A stretch of DNA of 62,970 nucleotides, filler included, from Asterionella formosa (Eukaryota), in the NCBI GenBank assembly GCA_002256025.1. It is 6 parts of 6 records of this genome, joined end to end, with 100 filler letters (N's around TTAATTAATTAA, not from the genome) between each part and the next. Parts side by side here need not be neighbours in the genome. Positions count along the whole stretch, not along the records: positions 1 to 27,834 come from NKIB01001398.1; 5 more parts are not named here. One strand, 5' to 3'. Under the pieces are notes generated by a model. It made no database searches and was not told the origin of the DNA. It saw nothing but the letters and a program-made list of their open reading frames with translations. Below, one piece after another: positions 1-11,160 of the stretch (positions are counted from its first letter, which is position 1; the number at the start of each line of letters is the position of its first letter). Both the position numbers and the translations under genes were made by a program.

Positions 1-258
1 ACCAAATGCAACGCCTGTGCAGCTCATTATTAGTTGTTGATATGCCTTGTCATTGGCTTCATAGATTTTCTTTTCTGCATCAGTAGCAGAGGTTGCATAT
101 GTTGTGTCACTGCATGGTTTCGTATCACTTGCATAGACAAGGCGAAAGCCCTTGATCTTAGATAGCGATAGAGTTTTGATACTCCATTCATGCCAGTTTG
201 ATTCCTCTCCATCAACTTTTATCAAGCGAATGACCTCGCCCGATATCTCATCAGCCAT
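1..258 (-). mobile_element. Ty1/Copia Gag N-terminus (runs off the window start)
   Basis: ATG at 258 opens a frame not listed in the ORF track: MADEISGEVIRLIKVDGEESNWHEWSIKTLSLSKIKGF...NDKAYQQLIMSCTGVAFG. The 'DG..NW..W..K' and 'N.KAY..L..S' pattern resembles Copia Gag (UBN2/Retrotran_gag_2). The ATG lies 48 nt from an LTR. Confidence 0.75.
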
Positions 259-306
259 GTTGCTGCGTTGGTAATCTGTGTAAAGCAATAGGTCCGTTTA
301 TAAACG

Positions 307-575
307 TGTTAAATTCCTTACACCAGTAGCAGTACACGTTTGTACATGCTGTATGCTATAGTCTTTCTCTTAGACAAGTTAAATGTAGACAGCAACGTTT
401 TGCTTCTTTATTTTATTGTGAGCTTATAAAACTAGAAATCGATTTACAATCGATTCAACTCCACTTATTTCAGATCAGTTGGATCTTGGATCTTTTGTCC
501 AAACTTTCATACAGATAACCAAGTAATGATAATGATCTGTTCCTGATCATTCAATCATTCTTTTACTTCATAACA
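307..575 (-). mobile_element. 5' LTR of the Copia element (269 bp)
   Basis: Termini are TGTTA...TAACA (inverted, TG..CA), immediately upstream of gag. Shares the blocks TGTTAAATTC, TAGACAAGTT and TTATTGTGAGCTTA with 3908-4211. Confidence 0.75.
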
Positions 576-579
576 CATA

Positions 580-3156
580 TAGAATATTGTTTTACTTACA
601 TTGTCGGCAGCTCCAATGGCGACGACATGCCTGTGAATAGTTCATTACATAGAACATTTACCTTTCCAAATATTCCATCCCATCTTATTAATTGTATGTT
701 CGTCTTCATTAACATTAGTTCAAAATTTTCTCACCGGAAACAGTTTCTCTATATAATATTGACGACATGTACATTGATGGAATGCTGTTAACCCTAACTC
801 AAATCATCCTAGATTTTGTCACCAGCGTAGTAATAGGTACAGTTTCACAGTACTAGCCACGTCATGTTACAACCGGGTATTGAAACAAGGGAAAGATGGG
901 AATGTGGAAATTTTATTCATAGATGTTGGTGCCTAGTAATCTTACTTAGTTTACGCTCATACTACTTTCTACATCTTTTCTAAGTGACTCCAGCCATTCA
1001 GACCATCTAAGTTCTTGTTCAGTTTCTGGGTTTTTGGTTGGAGGCACTGTTGTGGTCGTGGTCATAAGTTTTTGTCGTTCTTAGTGCAACATGATGGACT
1101 AATTTATGAAAATTTTGATTGAAGGTTCAGATAAGGAATGTTTTCTATGTAATTGAACGCTATTAATTACTATTTATAAGATAAAATCGTTTTATTTTGT
1201 GAAACGTTTGAATGGCTGCCAACTACTATCGCCAAGTTCCTCATCCTCTTCTTCAAAGTCAAGGAGGTTGGTAGAATTTACGATCTTGGATGTATCCGAA
1301 GGTATGGGATCATTCCTTACAAAATTTTATGTTCTTGATTGTAATTATCCCAGTCATGCGTGGTCAACTCTTGAAAACGAAAATAGTCTTGCCTACCTTC
1401 AATGTCGGGCTTACCCTCACTGTTTGATACTCGTTCCTTTTCGATTACGTTCTGTTGTTCAATATTAACAAGAAACTTTCTATTGTACTTCAGTGTTTCA
1501 TCATTCCAAAAAAATTCAACCCATTGACTCGGCATGAACTGTTTCCATTCAGGTTATTGCGTCCCTTTGCAGATCCGCCAATCAAAACAATTTCTTCATA
1601 GGTAGAGGCGTTAAGGAAGTGTTCAGGAATATCAGTATCTTCATCCAGATACTGACAATTTTTCAGGGTGCTGTTAACTAGAAATTAACCGCGACCACTC
1701 AGGAAAGTATATGCCTCTGTGCTGGGATGAATGGAATCACCAACATGGGTGCCATCAAGAAGACACTTTCCTTGCTTGCTGAGCCTGTGCTTGAAGGATC
1801 TTACTGGACCCAGTAATTAATGATCGTGATTCTTGATTCCTGTTCGGAAGAAGCTGATAGGAGCTAATAAGAGGAGGAAAGCCCAGTAGTACTTGGAGGA
1901 ATGATCACAAATGTCCAGGTAAACAAACTGGTACAGAGAAGTAACCCAAAAAATAAAATCGGATTTATTAAACTCTGTAAAGTTGGTTTCGGTTACACCA
2001 ACTAACAAAGAGAAGAGAATAAGCAAACAAATAAAATCAAAAAACACACAATAAGGAATCCAAATAAACTTACTCAAAACTTAACGAATGAAATGGTTCA
2101 ATCTCAATCAGAAGTAATGAATACATTTAATGCACATTCCTCCAAACCTATGGTCAAAGTACTCCTTTCTTTCCTTAGCACTTCTTACCAATAGGAAATC
2201 GGTTCCTCTATGAGAAAATTCTTCAACAACATTCCAGATGGAATCCGCCAATTCAGAATCTTCCTTAACGGCAAGAGCGATTTCGGGATGACGTTTCAAC
2301 AAGAACCAAAAGGCACAATCTTGCATACCAATGACTTGTTGGACTTGATATTCCAATACTACTTGGCACACATGTATCAGCAGGATGTTTGTAATACTGT
2401 AAGGACAATGAAAGTAAAGATGGTTGGTAACGATATCAAAAACAAGGTGATTCGAGGAGATTTAAATGTGTACATGAACTTACCTGGGTGTGACAAAATT
2501 TTCTAGTATGAAATATTTCATCAACTACTTTGGTTGCATGAGAGGAAGTTATCGATGCAACTACATCCCTTTGTCTTGTATAAATAGTAGTGGCAAGGCT
2601 GGAATCTTTGTATCCACGATAGAAGAGTTATTCAGGGAAATTTTGCGTTCCAGTTGGGCAATATTATTATGAAGTTGTTGAACATAAAACAGCAACGGAT
2701 AATGATGCTTCTGATCAATCACTGTCACATGATTAAGGCGGAACTGTGATATATATTTGAGATCATCGTCATTATCGAGATGTAACTCCATAACATTTGT
2801 CTTTGGATTATCAGTGACTGTTGAATTGTCATTCCTTCCTTGAATGGGTGGATAAAAAGGCGGCACCTTCTTGTTACCACCAGGAGAGGACAGTTCTGAC
2901 AAAATATCATCATTGTCAGAATCTGAATCTTGATGATGATCTCGCTGCTTTGTTGAAGCAGTTGTATTTGTTACAAACTCTTCATACTCATAAGACAATT
3001 TCGTTGCAGGAGTAACCAAATGCCTGCTATGTATGACATGAACAGGAAGGCTTTTTTCCGAGTCTTTTCATCCTGCTGGTTACTGTTGCGGTACTTCTTC
3101 TGAGACAAGTTATCAACTCTAGAATTATCGCTTCTTTTCATTCCTTTACCGGACAT
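580..3156 (-). pseudogene. Degenerate, probably spliced ORF of unknown family (decayed gene or TE)
   Basis: Chain of minus-strand ORF pieces (2971-3156, 2561-3019, 2108-2371, 1317-1535) that read through scattered stops and frameshifts. Candidate intron GTAAGT (~2073) to CAG (~1929). No family recognised. Confidence 0.35.
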
Positions 3157-3706
3157 GACGATAACAATGTACAGGAGTCAAGGTAAACGGGCCGCCGATG
3201 CTTTAAAATCAAAGAACGAAACAATAATAAAAGATAAAAGTCTGATATTATTTTTGGCGCGCCAAGATTAAAAAGGGAGTTGGTCTCTTAGATCATGCAG
3301 AAATATTAATTTATCATTCACTACCTATGTTACAATCTGAGTACTTCAGCATTATATCATAATGATGCACTTCAAGTGTTTTCAATCATGTTCAAATACC
3401 TACCGGTAGAATTGATCCATACCGTAGTCAAACTTGAACATTAGAACAGTACCGACAGGAACATTGACAAAATGTATGGTACCAGGGTAGTTCCCGCTTC
3501 AATAACGGTGATGTACGAGGTCCTGTTACTGTACTCTACTGAGAATCATGTAAGTTCCAGTATTCCTCCATCATGTAAGTACCAGTTAAAAGAAATCGGT
3601 CTAAATAATAAAATAATTCATAGTAATGTCTCATAATAAAATCGTACGTGCATTGTAAAATCAAATAGGATTGGTGCTCATCATACCCTCAATCGTCAGT
3701 AATACA

Positions 3707-5023
3707 ATGGCACCAGAAGGAACGGCGAAGAGTGTTACGACATCGACACTGATGGATGCCGAAGCACCTAATATGGACAATGATAAGGAAGCATCGGCCG
3801 ATGCCCCCATTAATAGCTCCACGTCAGAATTGTCGTCTCATCCCAATCGTCCCCCAACATTGATGAAACTAGCTACTCAGTCTCAGTCAACCTGAATGGC
3901 CCATGTTTGTTAAATTCTTCTGCACTCTGACTGCAATGCTAGCTCTTTCTAGACAAGTTCAAGGTTTTAAAACCTTCTGTTCTAATCCCACCTTATTGTG
4001 AGCTTATTTGATCTATCTTGTAATCGTTCACATGACCAATTATTTAGGTTCTCTTCCCGAATTTGTATAAAGATATTCATTGTGTTGTTAGACATTCAAT
4101 TCTCAACGGACAAGTCAACTCCAATCACTTAGTAGAACAATCATGAATATTCAATGCTATCTTTATTGCATATATACCTTTCCTTCATTCAAATATTGAT
4201 TACTAAGAACATTCTCCATTCGAAATTTTACCTCGGTTTGCTGATATGGAATGAAAGGCCATGTTCAATTCCACAACGTTTCCTTCGCATATCCCACACG
4301 TCCTAATACACCCGTGTTGAGAGACTTTACATTGTCCATTCCCGCCAACACCTCGGGAGCATTGGTGGGGGCTTCAGGGGCTGGCAAATCCACTGTCGTA
4401 TCATTGCTTCAACGATTTTATGATGCTTCAGAGGGATCCATTACCATTGATGGAATCGCATTAGAGACATGGATCTCAAGTGGATGCGTAAACACATTGG
4501 GTACGTTCGGCAAGAACCTCAACTCTTTGGACTGACTATTCGAGAAAATGTGTGTTATGGAGTTGATGAAGAGGTAAGTGAAGAAGAAATGATGGAAGCA
4601 CGTAGAAAGGCCAATGCACATGAATTTATCATGTCATGGCCTCTGGGATATGAAACATTGGTTGGAGAACATGGGGTCAAGCTTATTAGTGGACAAAAGC
4701 AACGGATTGCTATTGCCAGATCCATCTTGGTCAATCCTCGCATTCTGTTGTTAGATGAAGCCACATCGGCGTTGGATGCTGAATCTGAACATTTGGTCCA
4801 AGAAGCCATTGACAATGCTGCTGTCGGCCGGACTGTTTTAATTGTCGCACATCGACTCTCTACCATTCGTCGTGCCAATCAAATCGTTGTAGTAGATGAT
4901 CACAAAATGGAAGATGTGGGGACACATGATGAGCTGCTTGAACGCTGTGTCAAGTACCAAGATTTAATCAAACGCCAAAGTGTGGTGGGTCCAGTATCCA
5001 CAAGTATTGTATTGGCACAATGA
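3707..5023 (+). pseudogene. ABCB-type (TAP/MDL1-like) half-transporter pseudogene
   Basis: N-terminus at 3707-3907 ends in a frameshifted 'PEWPM'. The NBD (4251-5023) has Walker A GASGAGKS, Q-loop, Walker B LLLDEATSALD and H-loop IVAHRLST. It has a frameshift near 4460, a signature degraded to KLISGQKQR, and no transmembrane domain. Confidence 0.85.
3908..4211. mobile_element. Solo LTR related to the LTR at 307-575
   Basis: Starts TGTTAAATTC and ends AAGAACA, with internal blocks shared with 307-575. The 5-bp flanks differ (ATGTT vs TTCTC), so there is no TSD. Confidence 0.65.
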
Positions 5024-5257
5024 TAAACAATTGTGAGAGAGGGGGCACAAACCATCAATACTCTTACATCTGACTTTTTGGTTGTTCTTTGTTGTTTATA
5101 AGATCAATGAAGGATTTGTCAAATGGTCAACAACAGACAATCGTATAAAACCTGGATACAGTTATGTAGTCTTTTTTTATTGGCATACAAGTGCTAATTC
5201 TGTTCCTGTCTCAAGGCTTATACTGAATGCCTACTCCACAACTATTTCTTCTTCCTT

Positions 5258-5416
5258 AGAGTATGGCTTAGTGTTTAAGCACATTGCCTTTGATTTGAGG
5301 TTGTGTAGATTGATTCCCACAATTGTTTTGAAGCAATTGTTGGGTTCAACTAACACACTCCTCACCATCCCGCATGGTTTTTTCTGGTGAGCAAGAAAAA
5401 GTGGGTCGTCCCTCTA
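5258..5416 (+). mobile_element. tRNA-derived SINE-like element, 3'-truncated copy
   Basis: TATGGCTTAGTGTTTAAGCACATTGCCTTTGATTTGAGGTTGTG...TTGATTCCC...GAAGCAATTGTTGGGTTCAAC aligns by eye with the heads of the copies at 10147-10505 and 51591-51929. Confidence 0.75.
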
Positions 5417-6913
5417 TTGGAATAAAAAGAGGGAGAGATTGATAAATAGATTGGAAGCAATGGATGATGAAATTGATGTAGCTTGTTCAGGACACAGCTT
5501 TTGTGTTTAAATTACTGGCAATCAAAATGATAGAGATAACACAGGGATGGAAGCATACTATTGCTGGAAGGGAGGTCTTGACAGTGCTGGCATCCTTGAC
5601 TTGTTCTGAGGTGTCATTGACTAGAATTGGAGTTGTGATAGGCTTAGGCAATATACAAATGAGCAACACTTGATGAAATGATGAATCGAATGATAGATTA
5701 GGAGTTGAGACAAGAGGTGACACTTGGATTGCCAATGCAGTAGAGAGATCAGAGGAAAGTGAAAATCCTATCATGGCCTTTGGTGCCAAATGGCAGAGAG
5801 TGTGGCTGGGCGGCAGCAATAGAAAAAATTTTCTTGGAATTTCCGGAGGGAGTCCTTTGACAAATGTGCTGGCAGAGGTGTTCAAAGTAGACTGATTTTG
5901 CTGTGGAGGTGCCAGCAGGTCAAACAGAGAAAATCGAGCATAAATAAGAGTGGAGGAGTGGTAAGCAAAGGGAGCGGCAGTGTCCAAAGAGGACATGGTG
6001 ACTGAGGAGGGTGTCAGCAGCAGCGATACAGACTCCTGACATCGGCTAAGTAGGTACTAGGACAAATAGAGGACATTGTGGATTTTAACCCGGAAAGTTC
6101 AAAGTTGCAAGGTTGAAACTATTATTGTATTCAATCTTTTTTAAATACATTTATACTATAATTGTATTAGTACCACTGACCATCATGAAACAATAATCAA
6201 CAACAACACAAGCAATGCCAATGACATTTCTGATGGCGATATCCTTGGCTTGAGATCTATTTCAACAGTCAAAGCTGCAAGTTGCTAGCTTGTTGTGTCG
6301 CATATTTCAAGCTGAGTGCTACAGGCTCAGGAAGTGCTGGCCTTGATGTTTTCGGCTTGCCAGAAGCATTCATAGAATCATTTCATCTGCTGCTTGGTAA
6401 TGATGCAGAAATATTTCATGCATGGTATAATTCTGGTCCAATAATCATATAAGTGATGTGATTGGCTTGCTTATATCAATATCAATCACGATCCAAGTCG
6501 TAGAACCTACAAAAATTAATAACATTGTAGGATTAGGTACAAACATGTTCATACTCTAGGAATTACTATCAATGCCATCACAAAACTTGGGCGTGCCAGT
6601 GCATCAAAAATAGAAATTCTATTCTTGGCTGATCATAGGAACAGAAACTGTTTGGACCTACAACTATGTATCTTTAAATGTTGCTATTGATACTTTAGAC
6701 CATGGAGGAAATGGTGATGAAGTTGGTTTGCTCATAATGTTTGGCAATCAAAACAGGGCCAATGTCTTGTAGTCTCCTCTAAGTAATATCAATTGTGGCT
6801 GTGTACATAGTGGGGTACAAGATACCAGGTTTTATGGTAATCCTGGGAGGTACAGACACAGTCTCATCAATGCATTATAGATTATTTACATTTATTAAAA
6901 CTTTTAAAAATGA

Positions 6914-8299
6914 TCAGTTTCTATTACGTTCACTTAAATTTCCACTGCCACAGCCACCACCATCTCCATATCGCACTCGTTTCTTGGGCCTGAGATCAAA
7001 CTCAGTAGTTTCATCTTCATCACACTCCTCTTCCTCCTCATCTTCAATATTGCTATCATCACTACTCTCAGCGCCACCCTTTCTCACCTTGTCCCGTGGA
7101 TGCCAGATAAAACCAATCCTATCAAGAGCCTCAATCCTCTCGCGTGAGATATGACATGGCTTACCCCGCTTGTACTCGCGATATTGCCTTCGTTGATGAT
7201 GCACCCATGTTCCCAATCGTGGATTGGTCGAATAATGCGTTGGCACCATGGAATGTCCATTCTTAACCTTGAACTGCTTTAACTCTCGGAGTCGTTCCCC
7301 CCACACAGCTTCTTGGGTGTCCCAACAAAATCCCAAGCCACTGAGTTCCACGTAGCGAGAGTCCGTCATATGCGAGGGCTTGCCTCGCTTGAGAAAATTG
7401 AAATGACGTCGTTGTTCCTTGACCCACAATCCCAGTTTGGGATAGTTTGGATGATTGACAGGAACAAGACAGTCACCGTTCTCTTCTTTGAAGGCCCTCA
7501 AGTCAGCCATGTGCCTTTCCCACGCAGCTTCTTGAGCATTCCATGCAAAGTCCACTTGTTCGAGTAAAGCAATGCGTTCTGCTGTAATGCTGGAGTTCCT
7601 CCCATAGAGGCGAAGTTTGTATTGCTTGCGTTGTTCAGCGACCCACACAGCCAAGCGCGGATTAAAGACGTATCCACGGGGAACAATGCAGTTCCCGTAT
7701 TCATGTTTGTACTTCGTCAATTCATTGTAGGATTCCATCCACTTGGCATTTCGAGCACTTGGCTTACTTTTGCGAGCCTTATATCCCGGTCGTTGCTTTG
7801 TCTTGCTGCCAGCCTTGTTCGACACAGCATTGCTGCTGTCGAAAGGATCCAACATGGAGTCTTCTTCCTTGATGGCTAGTACTCCGAGCTCTGTAGGGGA
7901 GATGGCCGGTAGCTTCTTGTTCTCTTGCAAGAATGAAGTAGTCGAAACAAGGGACCGATTCGCGAAAAGTGCTGAAGCCATTCTCACCGTGTCGGAAGGA
8001 ACTATGTGATTGCTTGGGATCACATGCTGCTGGCGTTGTTGCTGCTGCTGCTGCATCTGCTGAAACAACGCCTGACTGCTGGGCTGCAGCATGATTCGCT
8101 GCCGCTGCAAGAGCATCATTTGTGTTTCCAAGAGCGACGCCGGATATGCAGCAGAAGCGCAGCACGCAATTCCGTGGTGTTGTTGCTGAATCATTTGCAT
8201 TTGAGGAATGAATACCCCATTGTGATACCCTCCTGCGACGAGGGCTCGTTGCTGAGCCAGGAGCTGCTGTTCGTACAGGGAGGGGAAGCTAATGGTCAT
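6914..8299 (-). CDS. Helicase-associated (HA) domain protein with three HA repeats and a Q-rich N-terminus
   Basis: Three copies of W....EL..(F/Y)K..NG.C.VP..Y..NP.LG.WV..QR......RI..L..(I/L)GF.W in an intact 461-aa ORF. Acidic/basic tail with PKKRVR (NLS-like). Confidence 0.9.
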   Translation of the reverse strand: MTISFPSLYEQQLLAQQRALVAGGYHNGVFIPQMQMIQQQHHGIACCASAAYPASLLETQMMLLQRQRIMLQPSSQALFQQMQQQQQQRQQHVIPSNHIVPSDTVRMASALFANRSLVSTTSFLQENKKLPAISPTELGVLAIKEEDSMLDPFDSSNAVSNKAGSKTKQRPGYKARKSKPSARNAKWMESYNELTKYKHEYGNCIVPRGYVFNPRLAVWVAEQRKQYKLRLYGRNSSITAERIALLEQVDFAWNAQEAAWERHMADLRAFKEENGDCLVPVNHPNYPKLGLWVKEQRRHFNFLKRGKPSHMTDSRYVELSGLGFCWDTQEAVWGERLRELKQFKVKNGHSMVPTHYSTNPRLGTWVHHQRRQYREYKRGKPCHISRERIEALDRIGFIWHPRDKVRKGGAESSDDSNIEDEEEEECDEDETTEFDLRPKKRVRYGDGGGCGSGNLSERNRN

Positions 8300-10146
8300 C
8301 TTTGCTGTAAGCTTACTGTCAGTCGCACTCCTTGTTGCTTTTTCGTAAAAATGAAAAAATGAGAATCAGAAAAAACTGTATGTTAATATACTGCATTCTC
8401 CTGTATACCGTCAGTCGTGGAGGTTTGTTAAACCATCCTTAGATGTTCCGTCTTTGATAGTAAAACCGGAATACTTTGTTGCTTGTCCCAATATATATAT
8501 ATATACATGAGGGTGATCAATTTTCGGATTTGGGATTAGTATGACAAATGAGATCATGAGGAGACTTCATAGAACATTCAAGTTAGAAAAGCCACGTGAA
8601 GTTTTTTCTCAAAGAGCTATACATATGATCCAAGGCTTCTCAATCTGCCCTCGCTTTCATCATATTTGTGAAATGACATGCATTTCTACGGAAGAAAACT
8701 CCATACCTGCTCGACGACAATTTCGCGTTTCGAACAATGTCTGACCCTTTTTGTCAAAGTGCATTTCCATCTTTCGAAGCAGACATGGCTCCGGAGCTGG
8801 TACCATTCCAACGTGGTATATATAGTGGGCAACATTTCGGTGAAATGCCTTCATATCGGAAAACGATGGTATCTATTTTGTCGGAGTTATCTATTTTCCC
8901 TACTGTCAGAAAGAGACAGAACCTGCTTATAACGCTACTTCTGAGACAAAAGGAATAATCGAAAGATTGACCAATTAATGGTATTTTGGTCATTTTACTT
9001 ATAAATCTATGGAACGTGGTTGACGCGCACAACGACGACAGAAACCATCAAAGGTCGACCAATTATGATATCGAGTACCTTGGAACGTGGTATCCTATAT
9101 CCTGTAAACACACACAACGACGACAAGGACCATTGAAGATGATAATCCCGCACAGGTGACAAATTAATTACTTCATTCATACCATAGATTCTTTGGTGTC
9201 ATTCTGCTGGGAGCGGGTCATCGGTAATTTAGCTACATAGATGTATAAAATGATTTACTGGTAAATGATGTATCTAGAGAAAAATCGAAAAGGACAATGA
9301 TTTACTAGCATGTTGAAAATGATGACCAAAATCTATGGAACTGAGTTTACTTTATCGCTCATATCAATAGCTTTTCGATGTATTAATCATGATTTTTATT
9401 GTTCATTTTTATGGCTGGGTGCAAATTTTGATGACATCTGGTAGGTTCATGCAGACTTACCATAATTCCCATGCTCATGTCGTCCTCTCTCATGCTCTTG
9501 TCTCCTCGTTGTACATCTGGTACTACACACTTAAAAATATTAAATGTGCAGGAAAGAAAACATATTACTTTTTTATTGCAAGAAGCTACCAGCATGCATC
9601 ATATTATTTTGATCAGCACTGTCATCAAAATGACATCCTGTCAAGATGGAGAAATACTCTGACTATGTGGTGTCACAAATGGGAGAAGCTGTATGCAAAA
9701 TAGATGCCTAGGAGCTCATGTTCACATAATTGATACAGCGCGTTAAAGCTTTCAAGCGTACAATGGTGGAGATTGGTGAGGAGAAAGAGCGAGCTGCAGA
9801 TGGTGATGAAGGCTGTGGTTGTCTGAGATGGAAGAGAGATATGTACAATTGGGTTTCAGAAAACAAGATTTTGCTCAAATCATTGAGCTGTATGATGTAA
9901 GCGACAATCGAACAAAGAGGGCTAGGAGCAATCACAACCTTGAAGTGGATTTGTTTCAACTTTTTGATGACATCAAAATTCAAGAATAAATGGATTCTAA
10001 AGGGAGTTTCTTTGAATAAAGTTCAATAATCTTGATTGAACAAGGATAGATTTAATATATATGAACTAGTAGTTGAGCATTTTAAGACTTGAAACTGAAA
10101 TATTTAACAAAGAAAAGATGTAATCATTAAATGTTATCCAAATATA

Positions 10147-10505
10147 AAAAGTTAGAATGTTTTATAGCCCATTCGTACTCCCCTATTTCTAGGCGAGTCT
10201 GTCATTGTTCTACCTGCTGACAAGACCTGTGCTTCCCTAGTTTTGTTAGCGTAGGTGAGTCCCCAACCACCTTTCGCGAAAGGTGATTGTCTTAGCCGCA
10301 GCGTTAAAGGGGGAAAATCCGACCGCCTAGGAAGGCGGCACAGGCTGCTTGTAGGGGGGCAACCAACTATTTCTTGAACACCAGGCAAGACCGTGCGGAG
10401 TGTGGGAGTCAAACCCAACAATTGCTTCTCATAAAAATTGGGGAATCAAACCTCACAACCTCAGATCAAAGGCAACGTGCTAAACCACTATGCCATTTCC
10501 CTATT
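10147..10505 (-). mobile_element. Full-length tRNA-derived SINE-like element (359 bp) with 13-bp TSD
   Basis: A box TGGCATAGTGG (10485-10495) and B box GGTTTGATTCC (10442-10452) are 32 nt apart. The direct repeat TTATCCAAATATA occurs at 10134-10146 and 10506-10518. Two further copies are in the window. Confidence 0.85.
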
Positions 10506-10539
10506 TTATCCAAATATACTATAATTAAAGTGAATAACC

Positions 10540-11160
10540 TGTGAATCCAATGCTGGCCCAGGTAATTGTGATCGAAGACACAGTTACCTGGGCCCATATT
10601 CGTCCACCCATTGGGAAACATTGTGCCTCTCAATCTTTTCATATTCTAGGTTTTGAACCATAAAATATCCCATACAGCCTGCACATAGCCTTTACATGGC
10701 TTGTTAGTGACTCCCACATCCAGTACTTGAAGCTGGGATGTGTTGCCAGGGGTTATATCGTCGACCTCAGTGCTGCCACAAGAATATTTGATGGCATATA
10801 CACATTTGCAAACTTTTTGGACCGAAAAGTCGTCTATGTGCAGATAAGTTGGCTCTGGGTCCAGGGCTTCCAAAGAAACCTGTTCAATCCAATTCAAAAG
10901 ACAGTTTGGTCTAACCAAGCCCTGGCCTGGCAAGAGTATTTCACTGAAACCGGAAATTCGGTTGCTGGATTGATGGCTAACTGACTGCTTATCTGTCCAT
11001 CACTGGTTCCCTTGAACACAATGAATGGAGGATGGGGCTTTTTAATAGTCTAAGAGTTCTACCTAAGAGCACAGTGCAACGACCTGAAGTGCCTGAAGTC
11101 TTCGTTCCAATGGTTCTGGCTCCACGTTTCTCCAATGTAAATGGTCCATAATTGTCTCAT
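10540..11160 (-). mobile_element. pogo-like (DDE_1) transposase remnant
   Basis: Frameshifted read-through gives PPFIVFKG...QARAWLDQ..NWIEQV...LHIDDFSVQ...PGNTSQLQVLDVGVTNKPCK, matching the DDE_1 catalytic motifs. Confidence 0.8.

Noticed and set aside
5487..5996. 169-aa minus-strand ORF ending near where SINE copy 1 is truncated
   Set aside because: May be a retroelement ORF1/gag remnant, but I recognise no diagnostic motif.
7313..8362. Antisense and alternative-frame ORFs over real genes (also within 16.7-17.7 kb, 44.7-47.3 kb and 55.2-57 kb)
   Set aside because: Shadows of the coding frames with no independent evidence.
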